Positions 1 to 11,086 of a stretch of DNA of 64,000 nucleotides are shown in pieces; position 1 is the stretch's first letter, and each line of letters begins with the position of its first letter. The position numbers and the translations under genes are program-made. Origin of the DNA: an uncultured delta proteobacterium (GTDB lineage Bacteria > Myxococcota > Kuafuiibacteriia > Kuafuiibacteriales > Kuafuiibacteriaceae). The DNA is taken from contig CAWDML010000005.1 in the NCBI GenBank assembly GCA_963803435.1, positions 288,001 to 352,000 of the forward strand, in the 5' to 3' direction. Below the pieces are notes generated by a model. That model had not been told where the DNA came from. It saw only the letters and a list, made by a program, of their open reading frames with translations, and searched no databases.

Positions 1-107
1 GTATGTTCGCGGGGCGTGTCGGCCCTCTCACGCTCCTGTTGCTCCTCCGAGAGCCCGAGTCCGGCGCCCGCTGGACGCTCCCGGAGGAGCAGATTCCGGT
101 GGGTTGA
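1..107 (+). CDS. C-terminal fragment of Ktr/Trk-type K+ uptake membrane subunit (KtrB/TrkH)
   Basis: Frame from nt 3 reads MFAGRVGPLTLLLLL...LPEEQIPVG*, the typical KtrB/TrkH C-terminus; directly upstream of a TrkA-family gene. Confidence 0.85.
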   Translation, partial: MFAGRVGPLTLLLLLREPESGARWTLPEEQIPVG

Positions 108-111
108 TCCA

Positions 112-777
112 ATGCGCAAAGATGCTCTCGTCATCGGTCTCGGTCAGTTCGGTATGGCGCTCGCGCGCTCGCTGACGGCCAAACGGGTCGAGGTCATGGC
201 CATCGACAAGGACGAAGGGCTGGTGCAGCGCGCCTCCCACCACGTCGCCGAGGCCATCTGCTTCGACAGCACGAACGAGGAGGTGCTGGCTCGCGCCTCC
301 CCCGACAAGCGCGACTACTGCGTGGTCGCCATCGGCGACGAGTCGCGCGAGAGCTCGATCGTCACCACGGCGCTGCTCCGCCAGATGGGCGCCCCGTACA
401 TCATCACGCGGGCCAACAACGAGATCCACGAGCGCATCGTCCGGCTGGTAGGCGCGCACGAGGTCGTGAACCCGGAGCGCGCGTTCGGGGAGCGGCTGGC
501 CAACCGGCTCGCGTACCGCGGCGTGATCGATCAGGTCCCGATCGGCGAGGACCTGGTCTTCTCCGAGCTCAAGGTGCCGGCCAAGGCGGTGGGCCGGACA
601 CTGGCCGAGCTGGCGATGCCGCGTCGCTTCGGCGTCACCGTGGTCGGGATCCGCAAGCTCGAGGGCGGCCGCGGTCAGGTGCGCTCGCCTCGCCCCACCG
701 ATCCGCTGGATCCCGAGGACATCCTCCTGGTGGTGGGCGGGATGGACGGCCTCGCCAAGCTGACGGAGGAGCTCTAG
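112..777 (+). CDS. TrkA/KtrA family potassium uptake regulatory subunit (RCK_N + RCK_C)
   Basis: VIGLGQFG Rossmann motif, VNPE motif, C-terminal TrkA-C domain; ATG at 112. Confidence 0.92.
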   Translation: MRKDALVIGLGQFGMALARSLTAKRVEVMAIDKDEGLVQRASHHVAEAICFDSTNEEVLARASPDKRDYCVVAIGDESRESSIVTTALLRQMGAPYIITRANNEIHERIVRLVGAHEVVNPERAFGERLANRLAYRGVIDQVPIGEDLVFSELKVPAKAVGRTLAELAMPRRFGVTVVGIRKLEGGRGQVRSPRPTDPLDPEDILLVVGGMDGLAKLTEEL

Positions 778-1685
778 TGCGAATCCGCGAGGAGGTCCGG
801 CTGGTGGTGGTCGGTCTGCTCGGCTTCCAGCTGGTGGCCTCGGGCGGCGCGGTGCTGCTCCTCGGGCGCATGAGCCCGGCGATCGATCAAATCCTGACCC
901 ACAACGCCCAGTCGGTGCAGGCGATCGAGCAGATGACGATCCAGCTCGCGGTCACCTCCGCGCCCGTCGAGGATCGCCGCTCGCGGTTCGACACGGCGCT
1001 CGCGCGGGCCAAGGAGAACCTGAGCGACGCCAGCGACGCCAAGCTCCTCGGCGAGCTGGAGCAGCTGGCGCCGCGGATCATGACGATCGAGCCCGACCCG
1101 GTGGCGGTCGGCCGCGCGGTCGAGCTCCTGCACTCGCTGTCGGAGATCAACCGCGCCTCCATGCACAACGTCTCCAAGCGCGCGCTCCGGTTGGGGGCGG
1201 CGGGCGCCTGGGCGGAGGTTTTGCTCGGGCTGGCCGCGTTCGCGCTGGCGATCATCCTGGCCCGCCGGATCAACCGCTCGATCGTGCACCCGTTCGCCGA
1301 CCTGGTGGAGGCGGTGCGCGACTGGACGGCGGGCGATCGCTATCGCCGGTGCCGCGTCTCGGGTCCGTCCGAGGTGAGCGAGCTGGCGGAGGCGTTCAAC
1401 GATCTGCTCGATCGACTGTCACCGCTTCGCCGGGAGGAGGTACGCGCCTCACGCGATCGGGCGCTGCTCAACCACGTCCTCGATCGCTTCGAGTACGCCG
1501 TCCTCGCCGTCGACTCGCTGGGGGAGGTGGTGGCGGCGAATCGCGCCGGGCTCGAACGCCTCGATCACGATCCGGAGCTCGCGCACGCGATCGCCACGGT
1601 GCCGAGCGGCGGAAGCATGACCGAGTTCAAGGAGGTCGCGGTCGTCGAGCCGGGCGAGCTCTGGGTGGTGCGCCCGCAAGCGTGA
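777..1685 (+). CDS. Membrane sensor-like protein (TM, periplasmic helical bundle, TM, HAMP, PAS-like) without kinase domain
   Basis: Two hydrophobic segments; HAMP signature EVSELAEAFNDLLDRL; PAS-like AVLAVDSLGEVVAAN; no H-box or ATPase motifs. Confidence 0.7.
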   Translation: MRIREEVRLVVVGLLGFQLVASGGAVLLLGRMSPAIDQILTHNAQSVQAIEQMTIQLAVTSAPVEDRRSRFDTALARAKENLSDASDAKLLGELEQLAPRIMTIEPDPVAVGRAVELLHSLSEINRASMHNVSKRALRLGAAGAWAEVLLGLAAFALAIILARRINRSIVHPFADLVEAVRDWTAGDRYRRCRVSGPSEVSELAEAFNDLLDRLSPLRREEVRASRDRALLNHVLDRFEYAVLAVDSLGEVVAANRAGLERLDHDPELAHAIATVPSGGSMTEFKEVAVVEPGELWVVRPQA

Positions 1686-1702
1686 AGTGCTAGCGTCGCC
1701 GG

Positions 1703-2140
1703 ATGTTGAAACGGACCAGCAAGGCAGTGTGGCGCGGCAACGGCGCGGAGGGCCAGGGCGCTCTCACCACCCAGAGCGGCGCGTTCAAGGATCAGCCGTA
1801 CTCGTTCAAGGGCCGCTTCCAGAGCGAGGACGGCAAGGCCGGCACCAACCCGGAGGAGCTGATCGGCGCGGCCCACGCGGGCTGCTTCGCGATGGCGCTC
1901 TCCTTCGGGCTCACCAACGCCGGCCATCCCCCGGAGGAGCTCACCGTCTCCGCCACCGTGAAGATGGAGAAGCGTGAGATCGGCTGGACGATCGAGCAGA
2001 TCGACCTGGATCTGGTGGGCAAGGTCCCGGGGATCGACGCCGCCCAGTTCCAGTCCCTCGCCGAGCAGGCCAAGGCCGGCTGTCCGGTCTCCCGCGCGCT
2101 CCACGCCGTTCCGATCACCTTGACCGCCAAGCTGGGTTGA
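1703..2140 (+). CDS. osmC: OsmC family peroxiredoxin
   Basis: GTNPEELIGAAHAGCFAMALS and AKAGCPVSRAL motifs. Confidence 0.95.
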   Translation: MLKRTSKAVWRGNGAEGQGALTTQSGAFKDQPYSFKGRFQSEDGKAGTNPEELIGAAHAGCFAMALSFGLTNAGHPPEELTVSATVKMEKREIGWTIEQIDLDLVGKVPGIDAAQFQSLAEQAKAGCPVSRALHAVPITLTAKLG

Positions 2141-2176
2141 ACGACGGCCGGTCGCTGGAGGTACAATGGGCGAGGC

Positions 2177-3688
2177 TTGCGCCAGTTCGGTCGTTACGAG
2201 CTGATCGAGCAGATCGCCGCCGGCGGAATGGCGGAGATCTGGTTGGCGCGCCAGTACGGCCTCCCCGACTTCCACCGGATCGTGGTGGTGAAGAAGCTCA
2301 ACGAGGACCTCAAGGAGGACGACACCTTCGTCCACATGTTCCTCGACGAGGCCCGCACCAGCGCCCAGCTCACGCACCCGAACGTGGTGCAGATCTACGA
2401 TCTCGGGTTCAAGGACGGCGAGTACTTCATCGCGATGGAGTACATCCACGGTGAAGATCTGATCGAGCTGACGCATCGCGCGGTCGAGGTCGAGAGGCTG
2501 ATCCCGATCGGACACGTGGTGCGGATCGTCGCCGACGCGCTCAAGGGCCTTCACCACGCCCACACGCTGGTCGGCACCGACGGTCGTCCGCTCGGCATCG
2601 TCCACCGCGACGTCTCTCCGCACAACGTGCTCGTCACCTACGACGGCATGGTGAAGCTGGTGGACTTCGGGATCGCGAAGGCGCGCACCCAGACCGAGGT
2701 CACCGGGTCGGGCATGCTCAAGGGCAAGCACGCATACATGAGCCCCGAGCAGGTACGCGGCGAGGGCATCGATCACCGCAGCGACATCTTCACCATCGGC
2801 ATCCTCCTGTACGAGCTGGGCACCGGCGAGCGCCTGTTCGTCGGACGCAACGAGGTGGAGACGCTCGAGGCCGTTCTCTCCGGCGACATCCCGCGCCCGT
2901 CCGACCGCGTCCCCGGCTTCCCCGAGAAGCTCGAGGCCATCATCCTGCGCGCGCTCGAGCGCGATCCCGACCTCCGCTACCAGAGCGCCCAGGAGATGCA
3001 GCTCGACCTCGAGCGCTCGATGCCCAGCCTGCCCGGCTCGGCAGAGCTGGGCCGTTATCTCCACGAGCTCTTCGAGCCGATCATCGAGGAGAAACAGCGG
3101 GTCCTCGCCTTCCTGCGCCGCAGCGGCGCCCTCACCCAGGAGCAATGGAGCGAGGAGGAGGAGGCGCCCCCGCCGTTGATGCTGGCGAAGAGGAGCGCGA
3201 TCGACGTCCCGACCGACGTCTTCGTCCGCAAGCGCCGCCACCTCGCGATCGGCGCCACCAAGCTGGGCGCCCGGAAGCCCTGGCTGGTCCGCGCGCCGCT
3301 GATGGTCCGCATGATCGCCGAGCGGGCGCCCGTTCGTTTCAAACGACCGCTGGCGATGGTGCTCGCCGGTCCCATGGTGGGGATCGCGCTGATCGCCGCC
3401 GCCGCCCCGATCGGCGTGTGGCTGGCCGGCAGCGGCTCCACCGCGATCGCACAGGCGCCGTCGCCGTTCCGGCCGGAGCCGGCGCCCGCGCTGGCGGCGC
3501 TGCGGGTCACCTCCGACCCGCCGGGCGCCTCGGTCACCGTCGACGGTGTGCTGGTAGGGCGGACACCGTTGATCCGGCCTCTGCCTGCGGGCGGGTCCCA
3601 TATCGTCGTCGTCGCGAAGGACGGCCGCACCGTCGAGCGGACGATCTGGGTGAGCCGCACCGGCGCCCGCCTCGACGTCCGGCTCTGA
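2177..3688 (+). CDS. Ser/Thr protein kinase with TM segment and C-terminal PEGA domain
   Basis: GGMAEIW, HRDVSPHN, DFG, YMSPEQ; C-terminal VTSDPPGASVTVDG...GRTP (PEGA). Confidence 0.93.
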   Translation: MRQFGRYELIEQIAAGGMAEIWLARQYGLPDFHRIVVVKKLNEDLKEDDTFVHMFLDEARTSAQLTHPNVVQIYDLGFKDGEYFIAMEYIHGEDLIELTHRAVEVERLIPIGHVVRIVADALKGLHHAHTLVGTDGRPLGIVHRDVSPHNVLVTYDGMVKLVDFGIAKARTQTEVTGSGMLKGKHAYMSPEQVRGEGIDHRSDIFTIGILLYELGTGERLFVGRNEVETLEAVLSGDIPRPSDRVPGFPEKLEAIILRALERDPDLRYQSAQEMQLDLERSMPSLPGSAELGRYLHELFEPIIEEKQRVLAFLRRSGALTQEQWSEEEEAPPPLMLAKRSAIDVPTDVFVRKRRHLAIGATKLGARKPWLVRAPLMVRMIAERAPVRFKRPLAMVLAGPMVGIALIAAAAPIGVWLAGSGSTAIAQAPSPFRPEPAPALAALRVTSDPPGASVTVDGVLVGRTPLIRPLPAGGSHIVVVAKDGRTVERTIWVSRTGARLDVRL

Positions 3689-3720
3689 TCGCGCATCAGC
3701 CTCGCCCCCCCGCTCCCACG

Positions 3721-3825
3721 GCGGTCACCGTCACCGTCACGGCCACGGACCCACGCACCACGGCCGGGCTTCGTGCTCCGTGACCGGCCTTCGGTGACGG
3801 TGAGGGCGACCGTGACGGTGACCGC
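3721..3825. repeat. Intergenic imperfect inverted repeat built from GTCACC/GGTGAC hexamers (REP/MITE-like)
   Basis: GCGGTCACCGTCAC (3721-3734) is the exact reverse complement of GTGACGGTGACCGC (3812-3825); lies between convergent genes. Confidence 0.7.
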
Positions 3826-3849
3826 GGAGAGAGTAGGCGCGGGGGCGGG

Positions 3850-4884
3850 TCACCGCCCGCAGGTCATCGACCCCGCCCGCGTGTCGACCTCGCAGCGGGC
3901 ACGCGCCTTCCCGCTCGGGCGGAGCGCCAGCTTCTTCGCGAGCCCCGAGGAGATCACCAGCTGCCCGTCCCCCGTGATGATCACCGCCTCCGTGTTCGGC
4001 AGCGACTCGACCAGGCGCAGGCCTGCGACCGGCCCCATCACGAACACCGAGGTGGAGAGCGCGTCGGCGTCCTCGGCGCGCGGCGCCACGATGGTGACGC
4101 TCTGTGAGGCGCGCGCCGGGTACCCGGTCTTCGGATCGATGATGTGGTGAAAGCGGACGCCGTCCTTCATCACGAAGTGCTCGTAGTCGCCGCTGGTGGT
4201 GAACGCGCTGTTCTCGAGCGCGAGCACCGCGAAGTCCGCGTCGTCCTGCCGGGGATCGCGGATGCCGGCAATCCAGGGCCGGTCGCCGCGCCGGCCGGCG
4301 AGGTAGAGCTCGCCGCCGGCCTTGACCAGGAAGTCGTGACGGCCGCGGGCACGGAGCAGGGCGACCGCGCGATCGACGGCGTAGCCCTTCGCGATCCCGC
4401 CGAGGCCGATCTTGCTGCCCTTCTCGATCCGCGCGGTGGTCGCCGACGGATCGAGGATCACCCGCCGGTAATCGATCGCCGAGGCGCGGCGGAGCGCCTC
4501 CTCGGGCGTGGGGATGCGGGCCTCGTCTCCGGGATCGAAGCGCCACAGCCCCCAGACGGAGGCGAACGTCGGATCGAACGCGCCGCCGGTCTTCGCCGAC
4601 CAACCCAGCGCGCGCGACAACAGCTCGAACACCTCGGGCGGCAGGGCCAGGGGCCGCCCGCCGGCGTCGTTGAGCCGCCCGATCGGGCTCTCGGGCTTCC
4701 ACTCGGAGAGGAGGCCCTCGACCCGCTCGAGCTCCGCCACCACCCGGGCGAAGTCCTGCTCGGCCCGGGCGCGGTCGGCGTCGCCGTCGACGACGATCTG
4801 GACCTGCACCCGCGTCCCCATCACCGGTGCCTGCGCCTGGTAGACCTCGGGCGCGCCCAGCGAGAGGAGCAGGAGCGCGATCAC
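3850..4884 (-). CDS. apbE: FAD:protein FMN transferase (ApbE family)
   Basis: MGT, GAFDPT, LGGIAKGYAVD, TSGDYE, HHIIDPKTGYP, ADALST motifs; GTG start overlaps upstream stop (GTGA). Confidence 0.95.
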   Translation of the reverse strand: MIALLLLSLGAPEVYQAQAPVMGTRVQVQIVVDGDADRARAEQDFARVVAELERVEGLLSEWKPESPIGRLNDAGGRPLALPPEVFELLSRALGWSAKTGGAFDPTFASVWGLWRFDPGDEARIPTPEEALRRASAIDYRRVILDPSATTARIEKGSKIGLGGIAKGYAVDRAVALLRARGRHDFLVKAGGELYLAGRRGDRPWIAGIRDPRQDDADFAVLALENSAFTTSGDYEHFVMKDGVRFHHIIDPKTGYPARASQSVTIVAPRAEDADALSTSVFVMGPVAGLRLVESLPNTEAVIITGDGQLVISSGLAKKLALRPSGKARARCEVDTRAGSMTCGR

Positions 4885-5399
4885 TCGGCGCGTGCCCCTT
4901 CGATGAGCGCACCGACCTGCTTCGAGATCACCTCGCGATCGCTGGGGACGAAGCCGCGATGCACGTACGCGATCTCGCCGCCGCGGATCACGTAGCTCGA
5001 CGGCATCGCGCTCACCCCGTACTCCTGGGCGACCTTGCCGTGCGCGTCGTGAAGGATGCGGAAGTGGACCGGACGCTTCTGGAGCTCCGCCTGCATGTCG
5101 TCTTCGTGCTCGTCGACGCTGATCCCGAGGATCACCAGCCGGTCCTCGCCGTACTGGGCCTGGAGCGCCTCGTAGAACGGCATGGCCGCCTTGCACGGCT
5201 CGCACCACGAGGCCCAGAAGTCGACGATCACGACGCGGTCGGCGAAGCTGTCGAGGCTCACCGGCTGGCCTTGGGCGTCGGGGAGCGTGAACTTGGGCGC
5301 GGGCCCCCCCTCCTGGCTCTGCGCCTCCCGGGTGGCGCCCGCGCAGGACGAGGCGAGGAGAAGGAGGAGAGTCAGGATTGATAGTCGATGCCGATCCAT
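4881..5399 (-). CDS. TlpA/ResA-like thiol-disulfide oxidoreductase lipoprotein
   Basis: DFWASWCEPC active site, MPSSY cis-Pro loop, signal peptide ending LASSC. Confidence 0.92.
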   Translation of the reverse strand: MDRHRLSILTLLLLLASSCAGATREAQSQEGGPAPKFTLPDAQGQPVSLDSFADRVVIVDFWASWCEPCKAAMPFYEALQAQYGEDRLVILGISVDEHEDDMQAELQKRPVHFRILHDAHGKVAQEYGVSAMPSSYVIRGGEIAYVHRGFVPSDREVISKQVGALIEGARAE

Positions 5400-5401
5400 G
5401 G

Positions 5402-6610
5402 TCACAGCTCCAGCGTGAGGCCGCCTCCGAACACGAAGGCGGTACGTTCCAAGAGAAAAGCGAACTCCGAGTAGCGGGTGAATTGAACGTCGAACTTGGC
5501 GTCGATCTGCCAGCGCTCGAGACCGCCGAAGCGAGGCAGCATCAGGGCGAGCTGCACGCCGGGCATGTCGTACCAATAACCGCTCAGCTCTCGATCCATC
5601 GTGAAGAACTCGGGCAGCTCGCGCGCGTTCGGGATCACGTATACGCGTTGATAGAAGCTCGCGGGCGTCTGGAAGTAGAAGCGGTTGCGCAGGCGGACGG
5701 TCAAGACCCCAAAGATTCGCTGGTACAGATGCAGGTCCACGGTGTGGCTCGTAATGGCCCAGTCGTCGAGATAGAAGCGATAGCTCGCGTCGATGAAGAA
5801 GTCCCAGGGCAGGTGGTGCTTCCAGCGGAACGCCGCCGCGCCGCGCCAGCGCGTGCGCGGGACCTGCTCGGCCGGCCGGATGAACGGATGCACGGAGCCG
5901 TCGAGGAGCGTCGTCTCGTCGACCGAGCTCGGATCCACGGAACCCGCCAGGAAGAGCGGGACGTACCGGTACACGCTCCCCTGGTAGCCGAAGTTCGCGA
6001 TCAGTGACCCCGAGAGCTGGATGAATCCGTCCTTGGTGGTCAGCTGCGTCAGCGAGACGTTGAGCGCGTGGATGTTGAGCGTGTCGAGGAAGTGGTTGAA
6101 GGGTGTATGGGAGCGACCGACGGCGTTGCCGACCCAGGCATAGCCCATCCCGAACGTCAGGTTCCGCTGGAGGAAGTCGGACGCGAAGCCGAAGCCGGCG
6201 GTGATGCTGGCGTAGTCGGCCTCGCGGCTCAGGCTGACCGCGCCGGACAGATCCGTGTCGAGGCTGCGCACGCGATGCGTCGCCGAGAACGCCAGCCCGT
6301 GGCGCACCTCGTGGAACTTGTCGGTGGCCTCGGTGCGGACGTCGACCGTCGCGGCGGTGAGGATGTCGGCGTCGTACTCGAGGGCGAGGCTGGTGGTGTC
6401 GTAGATCGTCTGGCTCACCGACACGATCGGGGTGACGACCGTGAGGCCGTCGTCGTCGGTGTAGTATGCGACCTTGGTCGCCACCCGGGTGCCGAACGGC
6501 GCCTCGGGTTCCTCGGTTCGACTGTCTCCCGAACGGCGACGCAGGTCCGTCTCGTCCGCCTTGGGTGAGCCCTCGGCAGCCAGCAGGCATAGGACCAGGA
6601 GCGGGGTCAT
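5402..6610 (-). CDS. DUF3570-like outer-membrane beta-barrel protein
   Basis: Signal peptide, SREADY and YRFYLDDWAITSHT motifs, amphipathic strands; context between DUF4266 and TlpA/ApbE. Confidence 0.82.
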   Translation of the reverse strand: MTPLLVLCLLAAEGSPKADETDLRRRSGDSRTEEPEAPFGTRVATKVAYYTDDDGLTVVTPIVSVSQTIYDTTSLALEYDADILTAATVDVRTEATDKFHEVRHGLAFSATHRVRSLDTDLSGAVSLSREADYASITAGFGFASDFLQRNLTFGMGYAWVGNAVGRSHTPFNHFLDTLNIHALNVSLTQLTTKDGFIQLSGSLIANFGYQGSVYRYVPLFLAGSVDPSSVDETTLLDGSVHPFIRPAEQVPRTRWRGAAAFRWKHHLPWDFFIDASYRFYLDDWAITSHTVDLHLYQRIFGVLTVRLRNRFYFQTPASFYQRVYVIPNARELPEFFTMDRELSGYWYDMPGVQLALMLPRFGGLERWQIDAKFDVQFTRYSEFAFLLERTAFVFGGGLTLEL

Positions 6611-6611
6611 C

Positions 6612-6830
6612 TCAGTTGCAGCCGCAGCCGCCGCCGGTGTCGCCGTTGCCGCCCGCGCTGCCCTCTCGATAGGCGAAGAGGTGCTGTTCGAGCTTCGCCT
6701 CCTCCGGATCGACCACGGCCGCCATGCAGGGGTCCGCGAGGACGCCTCGCTCCCAGGGTTGCACGGAGACGCATCCGGATCCGAAGACCGGCGCGAGCAC
6801 CAACCCGACGGTGAGGAGCGCGCGACGCAC
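6612..6830 (-). CDS. DUF4266-like small lipoprotein
   Basis: Lipobox GSGC, VQPWERGVLA, YREGSAGG and terminal GGGCGCN. Confidence 0.88.
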   Translation of the reverse strand: MRRALLTVGLVLAPVFGSGCVSVQPWERGVLADPCMAAVVDPEEAKLEQHLFAYREGSAGGNGDTGGGCGCN

Positions 6831-6908
6831 GCGGCACTATCGTGCGTTCTTTGGACGCGACTCAAGTCGGACGATCGACCTACGACCCAACCTGGATTGT
6901 CACGATCG

Positions 6909-8383
6909 ATGGCTCGGGCGTATGCCCATCGAGTGCGACGATCGCCTGCGTTCGGAGCGCTTCTGCTCATTCTCTCGATCGTGTCCGTCGAGCCCGTCGA
7001 GGCGCAGACGTGCGGACAGTTCGTCGACGTCATCACGGCGCCGAGCAACAAGACCGGCAACCACGCTTGCGATTCGGACCACGACGGCACCATCAAGGAT
7101 TCGAACTACTGCTACTGCGATGACTGCAGCATCCAGCCGGAGCGCTGCCACGGTCGGGGCGACATCGCGTTCTGCTCCTGCGATCCGGCCATCCAGCACT
7201 GCCGCCCCCGTACGTGCGTGGCGAACGGCAGCTGCTCCGCCAGCGACCCGCACAGCTACTTCTGGGCGCTCGACTGCAACGACTACAACCGTGACCGCTT
7301 CCCCGGGAATTGCGAGATCTGCGGCGACACGGTCGACGACAACTGCGACGGCTCCACCACCGACTGCACCAGCACCGACGCCGACGGTGACGGCTTCTCT
7401 CCGCCGCAGGACTGCAACGACAACAACCCACAGGCCCACCCGGGCGCCACCGAGATCCCGTGCAACTCGGTGGACGAGGACTGTTCGGGCTCCGACCTCT
7501 GCGACAACAACCCGACTGATCCGGACGGTGACGGCTACGTCGCCCCCGCGGACTGCAACGAGAACGACGCTGCGATCCATCCCGGGGCCGTGGACATCTG
7601 CGGCGACGGCATCGACTCCGACTGCATCCCCGGCGACTGTCTCGAAGACGCCGACGGTGACGGCAGCCAGACTCCGGCCGATTGCAACGACGCCAACCCC
7701 GCGATCCATCCGGGCGCGTTCGATCTGTGCGGCGACGGCATCGATCAGGACTGCTCCGGAGCTGATCGCGCCTGCGTGATGGACATGGATCGGGACGGGT
7801 ACGACGCCCTTTCGGCCGGTGGCACGGACTGCAACGATCTCGACAGCTCGATCCATCCGGGGGCCATCGAGGTGTGCGGCGACGGCGTCGACCAGGACTG
7901 CAACGGCTCCGACGCCGACTGCGCCGAGTTCGATCGGGACGGCGACGGCCATACGGACGTGGCCGCCGGCGGCGACGACTGCGACGATACCGACGACAGC
8001 GTCTATCCCGGGGCCCCCGAGGGCTGCGGCAAGGGCACCGACGCGAACTGCGACCACATCCCCGACATGGCCTGCGCCGACAGTCCGACGGACCTCGACG
8101 GCGACGGCTTCCAGTCGACGAAGTACGGCGGCGAGGATTGTAACGATCGCGACAGCCGCATCAATCCGCTGGCCCTCGAGGTCTGCGGCGACCACGTGGA
8201 CAACGACTGCAACGGGGTCGCCGACGAGCTCTGCGCGCCCCTGGTCACTCCGCCCGAGGACATACTCTCGTTCGTGAACGAGACCGGCCGCGCCGCCTGC
8301 ACCTGCACCACCGCGGCGAGCTCGAGCGGGCTCCTGCCGCTCCTCGGGCTCCTGCTGGCGTGGGCGGCACGGAGGCGCTGGCG

Positions 8384-8387
<4 letters not shown>
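6909..8387 (+). CDS. Cys/Asp-rich repeat surface protein (putative metal-binding MopE-like repeats) with MYXO-CTERM-like anchor
   Basis: About 7 repeats of DCND-x-HPGA-x-CGDGxDxDC; C-terminal CTC, hydrophobic helix, RRRWR; start could be GTG 6933. Confidence 0.85.
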
Positions 8388-9558
<1,171 letters not shown>

Positions 9559-9562
<4 letters not shown>

Positions 9563-10095
9563 AGACCGCGCTGCTGCTGCTGTTCTCGGCCGCATGCGCG
9601 CAGGCGCCGCCGCCGCCGAATCTCGAGGGGCTCGACGTGGCGTATTTTCAGTGTAACGTGCAGCCGATCTTCGATCGCAGCTGCGCGTTTCCGAAGTGTC
9701 ACGGCAACCCGGGTCGGCCGCTCTTCCTCTACTCGGCCTCGAAGACGCGCATCGAGCTGGACACGCTCCTGGGTGAGCCGCTGACCAGCAAGGAGATCTG
9801 CGCCAACTACTATCGTGCGGCTGCGTTCGCCCGCACGGACTACGAGTCGCAGCTGATCACCAAGCCGTCGACGCTCGACGCGCTCTCGAGCCAGTACCAC
9901 GAAGGCAACTATCTGTTCGGCCCCGGCGATCCCCAGGCCGACTGTCTGGAGCAATGGATGGAGGGTGCAGCGCAAGTGGGGACCGACCCGTCCTGCATGC
10001 TGTTCTGGCGCATCGACGAGATGGGCACGCCCGAGCGGTGCGATCTCTCGCAGGTCGTCGACTGCTCCGATGCTGCCCGGGGAGCGAACCCGTGA
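9559..10095 (+). CDS. Cys-rich lipoprotein with atypical CX4CH motif
   Basis: Lipobox SAAC; YFQCNVQPIFDRSCAFPKCHG; ATGA overlap. Confidence 0.7.
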
Positions 10096-10970
10096 GGACG
10101 TCCGCCGTCGCGATCCTGCTGATCGGGCTCGGGTGGTGTGGATCCGCCCTCGCCTACTCCGACACCACGACGTTCTCCCGCGACCCCAGCGCGGATCCCG
10201 CCGGGGGCGGCGGCGGCATCTACTTCACCGGCTCGCCCCGCTACTCGGGGCTCAACTGCACCGTCTGCCACATCGGCGGCCCCTCCGACATCTCGATCCG
10301 TCTGAGCGCCCTGGAGGACGGGACGCCCGCCCGGCTGTTCGACGACGGCTACCAGCCCGGCGTGCTCTACGAGATCGAGGTGGCCTTCGCGGAGGATCGG
10401 CTGGCTCCGGAGACGGCGTGCGATCGATCGGGGCCCGATCCCTGCGACCTCAACCTCTTTGCGATGGAGATCGTCGATCGCGCCGGCCGCCCTGCCGGCA
10501 AGCTCTGTCCGGTGCGACCGAACGAAACCACGGGCACGGGGCGGTGCGCGGGCTGCTCGAGCCGACGCGAGGCCGGGACCCTGGTGGAGGACGACTGCTC
10601 GGTGGTGCTGGCCGACGGCTTCGACGACGTGGCCTTCGGCTGGCGAAACGGTGTCACGGCCTACAGCTTCTTCTGGCGCGCCCCAGAGGAGGACGTGGGC
10701 GCGCTCTCGGCCTTCGTCGCCGGAGTCGACGGGCGCGGGCCGGAGACGCCGGAGTCGGAGGCGACCAGCTACCAGAACGACGGCACGGTGGCGGTCGACG
10801 TCGCGCTGCCGTCTCCGACCACGCCGGTGGCCCCGGCCTGCGGGAGCGTCCCGCCCCGAGAGGGCGCCGCCTGGCTGGTCGTGCTCGCCGCCGTGCTGGT
10901 CGTCCGGAGGTCCGGCCGGACGAAGCCGAACGAGTCCGGACGAAGCCGAACGAAGCGCGCCGGTCGCTGA
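10092..10970 (+). CDS. Exported protein with CxxCH motif, Reeler-like domain and MYXO-CTERM-like anchor
   Basis: Signal peptide; NCTVCH; YQPGVLYEIEV and FFWRAP motifs; C-terminal Cys, TM and RR; GTGA overlap. Confidence 0.7.
   Translation: MRTSAVAILLIGLGWCGSALAYSDTTTFSRDPSADPAGGGGGIYFTGSPRYSGLNCTVCHIGGPSDISIRLSALEDGTPARLFDDGYQPGVLYEIEVAFAEDRLAPETACDRSGPDPCDLNLFAMEIVDRAGRPAGKLCPVRPNETTGTGRCAGCSSRREAGTLVEDDCSVVLADGFDDVAFGWRNGVTAYSFFWRAPEEDVGALSAFVAGVDGRGPETPESEATSYQNDGTVAVDVALPSPTTPVAPACGSVPPREGAAWLVVLAAVLVVRRSGRTKPNESGRSRTKRAGR
10916..10953. repeat. Tandem direct repeat, 18-bp core with 20-bp period
   Basis: CCGGACGAAGCCGAACGA at 10916-10933 and 10936-10953. Confidence 0.8.
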
Positions 10971-11086
10971 GCGCGGCGCGCGGCACGAACGTTGCTCTCT
11001 CCTGGTCGCGATGGTCATGGGCGGTGTCGCCGGTCGCGGCGTGCCCTCGGGAGCTTGGGCGGTGACCGGGGCACGAAGAATATGGG

